A DNA stretch of 64,000 bases from Leidyana gryllorum EB-2025a (lineage: Eukaryota; Protista; Apicomplexa), in contig JBLWGC010000141.1 in assembly GCA_048772705.1 (NCBI GenBank), positions 1 to 64,000 on the forward strand, given 5' to 3'. The notes below the pieces were generated by a model. The model was not told the DNA's origin. It saw only the letters and a list, made by a program, of their open reading frames with translations, and made no database searches. This document shows, in pieces, positions 58,594 through 64,000 of this stretch (positions are counted from its first letter, which is position 1; each line of letters opens with the position of its first letter). The position numbers and the translations under genes were made by a program.

Positions 58594-58665
58594 AGCCTTC
58601 TGCCGGAATCGAACCGGCGACCTTTCGCTTACTAAGCGAATGCTCTGCCCCTAAGCTAAGAAGGC
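58594..58665 (-). tRNA. trnT: tRNA-Thr(AGT)
   Basis: Intact. Confidence 0.92.
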
Positions 58666-58737
58666 AATGCAAGCCGAAGATCACGAAACAGTCTCTATTG
58701 ACGGAGATTACTGGACCACAAGCACACTCTGCTGGAT

Positions 58738-58810
58738 TTCCACTGCCGGGACTTGAACCCGGCTCGTGCGGGTGAGAGCCGCATATCCTAGCCACTTAGA
58801 CTACAGTGGA
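58738..58810 (-). tRNA. trnE: tRNA-Glu(CTC)
   Basis: Glu body. Confidence 0.88.
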
Positions 58811-59095
58811 CAACTTCCTCAGCTGCAGCTTTGGACGAAAGCCGTACCATCTTGAGATGAGATGGAGCGTCAGGTCAATCGACAAGCAACGGGGCTGTTC
58901 TGGGAATCGAACCCAGGACTTCTTCCACCCGAAGGAAGAATCATACCACTAGACCAAACATCCGCCTGTCGGTCGTGCAACCCGCTGAGTACAGTTGAGA
59001 TAGTGGTCATACTATGTTGAGAACCAACAAATGCGATGGGTCTGCACAACAAAATGGAAGGACTTTTGGGGTTTCAGGCCGGTGTGTTCGGAGCG

Positions 59096-59167
59096 TCCGA
59101 GATAGTATAGTGGTTAGTATTTCCGCCTGTCACGCGGAAGACCCGGGTTCGATTCCCGGTCTCGGAG
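59096..59167 (+). tRNA. trnD: tRNA-Asp(GTC)
   Basis: Intact. Confidence 0.93.
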
Positions 59168-59358
59168 CACAGTTGATCTGGCTTAAGATTGTCTTTTTTG
59201 GTGCCCGCTGAAACTTGCGAGCTACAGCCACCGAGGATCGGACTCGGGACCTTCTGCGTATTAAGCAGACGTCGTGACCACTAGACCATGGCTGCAGAGA
59301 AGGTCCCGCAGACCACGAGAAGTGGCGAGGCTTCACGGAAAAGTGAAGACCAGTTTCG

Positions 59359-59430
59359 AGGTCGCGCCGGGAATCGCAGCTAGGTCGGGAGATTTAGAGT
59401 CTCCAGTGCTAACCACTACACCACGTAACC
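59359..59430 (-). pseudogene. tRNA-Gln body with CTA anticodon, T-arm broken
   Basis: GGAGA-CTCTAAA-TCTCC; T-arm CTAGCTGCGA. Confidence 0.7.
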
Positions 59431-59708
59431 GATTCAGTCCTTCCCGAAAAAGAGTTGGTAGAGCCATCCGGACTAGCCCTCCTCAACTGGGCACATGCAA
59501 CACACATCTCTCTACTGACCTTTGAAATAATGTAACTGACTCTTGTATCTTAGTCGGCAGAGCGTGTCATTGTAACATACAAACTCGGAAATCCGGGCTC
59601 TGAGGCAACCTTCACACATACTGCGATGCCCAGGTCTGTCCAAGGGTTATAGGGCACAATTATCTCAGCTCGGGAAATAAATAGCGGCAGGTGCAGCCGT
59701 ACGAAGTT

Positions 59709-59781
59709 TGGACGACCTGGGCATCGATCCCAGTACCTCTCGCATGCTAAGCGAGCGCTCTACCATTTGAGCTAGTCGCCC
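59709..59781 (-). tRNA. trnA: tRNA-Ala(AGC)
   Basis: Intact. Confidence 0.92.
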
Positions 59782-59868
59782 GTTGTGCAGATTCCATCGA
59801 TTTTTTTGTTCTCAACATCGTATGACCACTCTCTCGACTGTACTCAGCGGGTTGCTGGACCGACAGCC

Positions 59869-59940
59869 GGCTGTTTGGTCTAGTGGTATGATTCTTCCTT
59901 CGGGTGGAAGAAGTCCTGGGTTCGATTCCCAGAACAGCCC
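59869..59940 (+). tRNA. trnP: tRNA-Pro(CGG)
   Basis: Intact. Confidence 0.92.
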
Positions 59941-60162
59941 CGTTGGTTGTCGATTGACCCGACGCTCTATCTCATCTCAAGATCGTACGGCTCTCGTCCA
60001 AAGCTGCAGCTGAGGAAGTTTGTCCACTGTAGTCTAAGTGGCTAGGTTATACGGCTCTCACCCGTACATCCGGGTTCAAGACCCGGCAGTGGAAGCTACT
60101 CGAGCAAAGTGCCTCAGTAATCCCCGTCAATAGTGACTGATTCTTGATCTTCGGCCTGGATT

Positions 60163-60234
60163 GCCTTCTTAGCTTAGGGGCAGAGCATTCGCTTAGTAAG
60201 CGAAAGGTCGCCGGTTCGATTCCGGCAGAAGGCT
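60163..60234 (+). tRNA. trnT: tRNA-Thr(AGT)
   Basis: Intact. Confidence 0.92.
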
Positions 60235-60479
60235 CGACTGCATCGACTAGGCACCTGCAACCGGTAAGTCTCTTAGCCACGAAGCCGCAGGTTTGGAACC
60301 TGTCACTACCTGAACCCACAGGGGGCTGTTTCTTCCTTCGGGTGGAAGAAGTCCTGGGTTCGACTCCCAGAACAGCCCGTCTGATAGTTGTTGACGCAAC
60401 AAGGCACTCGACCCATCCCGAACAGCTAAGACAGGATCTGAGTTGTTGACTCAACAGGCTGCAACCCGGGCATTCGCCC

Positions 60480-60552
60480 AGACGCTACTGGGACTCGAAC
60501 CCAGAATCCCCGGTTCCGTAGACCGATGCCATATCCATTAGGCCATAGCGCC
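60480..60552 (-). tRNA. trnR: tRNA-Arg(ACG)
   Basis: Intact. Confidence 0.9.
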
Positions 60553-60820
60553 GACTAGCGGAGCCGTCAAATGGAAGTGTGTAGCGAGCAAGACGACATG
60601 GGCAGCTACGCTCGATGGTGGGTCTGGACAGACTTCACCCACATCTCCCATTCGAGACATCGGGGACATACTATCCAAGCCAGGATTCGGGCCTGGGTAT
60701 GCACGGCCACAACTTGCTGTTGTAAGCACCTAGACGACCCGGACAATCTTCAAGTGAGGCTGGTGGGTACCAAAGCCACTTGAGATGTCGGGCTATCGGG
60801 TTTTGTGTCCTTGCATTCCT

Positions 60821-60893
60821 GCCGCCCTAGCTCAGTCGGTTGAGCGCAAGACTCTTAATCTTGCAGTCGCGGGTTCGAGCCCCGCGGGCGGTG
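60821..60893 (+). tRNA. trnK: tRNA-Lys(CTT)
   Basis: Lys body. Confidence 0.87.
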
Positions 60894-61243
60894 AGCATCT
60901 ATTTCATTGGGAGTAAGAATGGAACTGTTGCCTACAAGCACACTCAGCTGGAGTTCCACTGCCGGGACTGGAACCCGGATCGTGCGGGTGGGAGCCGCAT
61001 ATCCTAGCCACTTAGACTACAGTGGACGAGTCACAACAGTTGCACTGACGAATGAGGCGCCAGAGAAGTGTGACTCGGTCTCAGATTGGAAGTTCACCTA
61101 GGTTTGGCGGGTGGGCGGCTATCTCAAGTGGTAAAGCGGTGACTTTGCACGCGAGAGGTCAGTTTAGACATCTATCAATGCCGCAGGGCAGGCTGAACAT
61201 GGGGGTATTTGGTCACTTCCGCGACATGTCGAATTCGACAGGT

Positions 61244-61325
61244 GGCAACTTGCCCGAGTGGTTAAGGGGGTAGACTAGAAATCTACTGGGCCTGGCCCGC
61301 GCTGGTTCGAATCCAGCAGTTGTCG
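61244..61325 (+). tRNA. trnS: tRNA-Ser(AGA)
   Basis: Intact. Confidence 0.93.
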
Positions 61326-61649
61326 TGTTATGTGATCGGGCATCAACTCCATTCGGTCGTGGCTGTGCTATATCATTCCAGCTAGTCGCCCGCTGTGCAG
61401 ACCCCATAGCAATTAGTGGTTCTTGACATATTATGTCCGACGGGCTGTTTGGTCTAGTGCTGTGACCCCTCCTCAGGGTGGAGTCCTGGTTCGATTCCCA
61501 GCACAGCCCTCTTGGTCGTCGGTTGACCCGATCGGACAAGTTGCCCCAGAACCAACACAGCCACCTCGTTAGCCCACTTCGGTAGGGCAGTCAGCGCAAC
61601 TAACCTCTCGAGAATCGCATTTCGGCTACCTCTGACATGTTGCAGACTA

Positions 61650-61721
61650 AGCAGTGTAGCTCAGTGGAAGAGTGTTGGGCTCATAACCCAAAGGTCCGTC
61701 GATCGAAACGACGCACTGCTA
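61650..61721 (+). tRNA. trnM: initiator tRNA-Met(CAT)
   Basis: Intact iMet. Confidence 0.92.
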
Positions 61722-61768
61722 AGTGTGCGCAGAAGGGAACAGTTGTAGGATAGATTGGCTCGTGAGCA

Positions 61769-61840
61769 AGCCTTCTGCCGGAATCGAACCGGCGACCTTT
61801 CGCTTACTAAGCGAATGCTCTGCCGCTAAGCTAAGAAGGC
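61769..61840 (-). tRNA. trnT: tRNA-Thr(AGT)
   Basis: Intact. Confidence 0.9.
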
Positions 61841-61916
61841 AATGCAAGCCGGGAATCACGCATCAGTCCCTATTTACGCAAGTTATCAGAGCACTTTGAT
61901 CGAGTACTCTAATGAC

Positions 61917-61989
61917 TTCCACTGCCGGGACTTGAACCCGGATGGTGCGGGTGAAAGCCGCATATCCTAGCCACTTAGACTACAGTGGA
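61917..61989 (-). tRNA. trnE: tRNA-Glu(TTC)
   Basis: Glu body. Confidence 0.87.
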
Positions 61990-62153
61990 CAAGTGCTCGA
62001 GTTTAGGCTTCGGCCGAGAGCCGGACCGTCTCGGAAAGATTCCACAAGACTTTTGAAGGGAGAACCGCGGGTTCGGGCGGCGCGAGCAGTCCTAGTAAAA
62101 GCTTGCTGAACCGTATGTGAAGCCACTGGCCGCAAAATGCCAAGTTCGACAAC

Positions 62154-62235
62154 GGCAACTTGCCCGAGTGGTTAAGGGGGTAGACTAGAAATCTACTGGG
62201 CCGGGCCCGCGTTGGTTCAAATCCAGCAGTTGTCG
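62154..62235 (+). tRNA. trnS: tRNA-Ser(AGA)
   Basis: Intact. Confidence 0.9.
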
Positions 62236-62301
62236 TGCGATGTGGTTGGAGGGTTAAACACCAACTCATTTCTGAATGTGGAAAAGCAACCATGTGTCCT
62301 C

Positions 62302-62372
62302 TGCATCTGCCGGGAATCGAACCCGGGTCGTCTCGATGGCAACGAGACATTCTACCACTAGACCACAGATGC
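62302..62372 (-). tRNA. trnG: tRNA-Gly(GCC)
   Basis: Intact. Confidence 0.93.
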
Positions 62373-62845
62373 GTAACACCTTGTTGTTGGAGCTCGTACA
62401 CAATAACGGCCGTTTTGCTTCGAATGAGAAGACAGGGTCAAGTTGAGCGAGCTTGAGAGGCGCCTCGTGGGTACGTAACTCAGTGGTAGAGCATTTGACT
62501 GCAGATCAGCAAGTCCGTGGTTCAACTTCGCGCGTGCCCTGAAGTTGAGATGAAACGCTGGAAGATGTTAAACCAACATTCCTGACCATAAGGGGTTGCA
62601 GAATCCTGCGCCAGCAAGAGGCGGGTTCCTATATTAACCTCTGAAACATTGTAGCTGGGTCTTGTAGCTCAGTCGGCAGAGCGTGTGGCTGTTAACCACA
62701 AAGTCGCAGGTGCGAAACCTGCCAGGACCGCTTTCAGAGGCACCCTAAACATTGACTGCGCTGCTCTCCCAATGGCACTTGTGGTCTGCGACCCTTCAAA
62801 GATGTAAGGTGGTTTGGATCCCGCCACGTGCAGCCGTACGTACTT

Positions 62846-62918
62846 TGGACGACCTGGGCATCGATCCCAGTACCTCTCGCATGCTAAGCGAGCGCGCTAC
62901 CATTTGAGCTAGTCGCCC
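62846..62918 (-). tRNA. trnA: tRNA-Ala(AGC)
   Basis: Ala body. Confidence 0.85.
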
Positions 62919-63033
62919 ATTCAGCAAACCCCAGTACATCCAGTTCTTTTTACATGGTATGACCAATCTCCCAACTGCATCAATCACTTTCACCAGTTTG
63001 TGCTCCACTTTGCACAAACGAAGGCACGCAGGA

Positions 63034-63106
63034 AACGGCTGGAGGGACTCGAACCCTCAACCTTTGCCTTAGGAGGGCAACGCGCTATCCATTGCGCCAC
63101 AACCGC
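63034..63106 (-). tRNA. trnR: tRNA-Arg(CCT)
   Basis: Intact, CTCCTAA loop. Confidence 0.92.
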
Positions 63107-63449
63107 ATTCGGGACGCATCCGACTTTTGAGTGGGACGAAAGCGGGCTGCCCCGAGGTGTCTCCTCTTTCACCCAACCAGTATCCAGATGACCGAAGCCT
63201 ATCCATTTTGCGGTGGCCTAATGGAGAGGGCATCGGTATTCGGAACCGGGAGTTGTGGGTTCGAGTCCCATCCGCATCATAGCCTCTCACTCGGAAGACG
63301 TTCTGTTTCGACCGAGGCAAGCTTGCTAGCTGTATGGGGAGCCACCACCGCGTATGTCGAGTTGAAGTGCTAGTGATATGATTTTCCTGCGAAAGTCCCG
63401 CAGCCCAAGAGAAGTGGCGAAGTTTCAGGAGTAGTGAGGACCAGTTCCG

Positions 63450-63521
63450 AGGTCGCGCCGGGAATCGAACCCAGGTCGGGAGATTCAGAGTCTCCAGTGC
63501 TAACCACTACACCACGCAACC
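63450..63521 (-). tRNA. trnQ: tRNA-Gln(CTG)
   Basis: Intact. Confidence 0.93.
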
Positions 63522-63698
63522 GCTCCAGCCCATCCCAAAAGAGTCGGTACAGCCATCCGGACCAGCGCACCTTCCGTCGGGATTCCCGTGCGAACTGTCA
63601 GGGTGTAGGTACACCCCCTTCTCGATGTCAGTATTTGGCTCTTGGAATGACTGTTTGGCGGGGTGGACGAAGGTCTGAGCGGCCGCTTCAATCCCAGT

Positions 63699-64000
63699 TG
63701 TTGTAACCCCAAGTCGCTACTCAAGGGGAACGAGGCCCAGTTCTCACCTCTGCATACTTTCGACCACAAGCCAGACTTAGAACCAAGTTAGTATTTTTGC
63801 CGACGAGTCTACCACGAATATGTCGCACACGACGGCGCAAAACAAGAACTACGACTTGTTGTACCAAGTGCAAAAGTTATCTTAGGCCGCCTCTTGCCTA
63901 GTCCAACTCTGACGTAGCCAACTTTGCTTGCGTGTGTCTCTCGCTCCGGTGTCTCTCTCACTCCCCCCATGTGCCAGTCGCTCGCACTCTTGCGGAGCCT
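63699..64000. mobile_element. LTR-like family B, copy 2 (inverted, truncated by window end)
   Basis: Reverse complement of ~7897-8160; begins TGTTGTAA. Confidence 0.75.

Larger units (their letters stand above)
1..63600. repeat. Shuffled multi-isotype tRNA gene/pseudogene array
   Basis: tRNA bodies (A-box TGGTCTAGTGG/TAGCTCAGTNGG, B-box GGTTCGANTCC) recur every ~150-250 bp on both strands. Confidence 0.97.

Noticed and set aside
1-63600. CRISPR array
   Set aside because: The repeats are 70-85-nt cloverleaf tRNAs in mixed orientation with repeated rather than unique spacers, and no cas genes are present
1-63600. Bacterial, phage or organellar tRNA array
   Set aside because: No encoded CCA, A34 anticodons throughout, eukaryotic initiator and Tyr identity elements, and LTR-like inserts
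1-63600. tRNA-derived SINE family
   Set aside because: No common tail, poly-A or TSD around the tRNAs; all isotypes are involved and they are copied as multi-gene blocks
63706-63747. Spliced-out intron explaining the LTR length difference
   Set aside because: It starts with GT on the minus strand but does not end in AG
234-63769. All ORFs in the six-frame track (60-197 aa)
   Set aside because: They are translations of tRNA bodies (recurring peptides such as GFEP, PGSIPG, RVRFP), overlap tRNAs on both strands and show no recognisable domain

Overview
The window has no credible protein-coding gene. It is a dense array of eukaryotic nuclear-type tRNA genes, several hundred counting decayed copies, lying on both strands. 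Eukaryotic signs are: no encoded CCA, A34 anticodons (AGC, AGG, AGA, AGT, AAC, AAT, AAG, ACG), an initiator Met with A1:T72 and a GATCGAAA T-loop, and a Tyr with C1:G72, A73 and an intron. All 20 isotypes plus the initiator occur. Unlike a fixed tandem unit, the order is shuffled: tRNA-plus-flank modules recur in new orders, many spacers are themselves fossil tRNAs, and kb-scale inverted and direct duplications overlay the array. The largest is an inverted repeat with ~5.6 kb arms at ~15.2-20.8 kb and ~33.7-39.7 kb. Two families of solo LTR-like elements sit at tRNA 5' ends; one has a 5-bp target-site duplication and an empty site within the window. The Tyr intron is only 7 nt. The tRNAs listed are the best-preserved copies, with coordinates read by eye (possibly off by 1-2 nt); many more degenerate copies are not listed. 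The organism cannot be assigned from the sequence alone.
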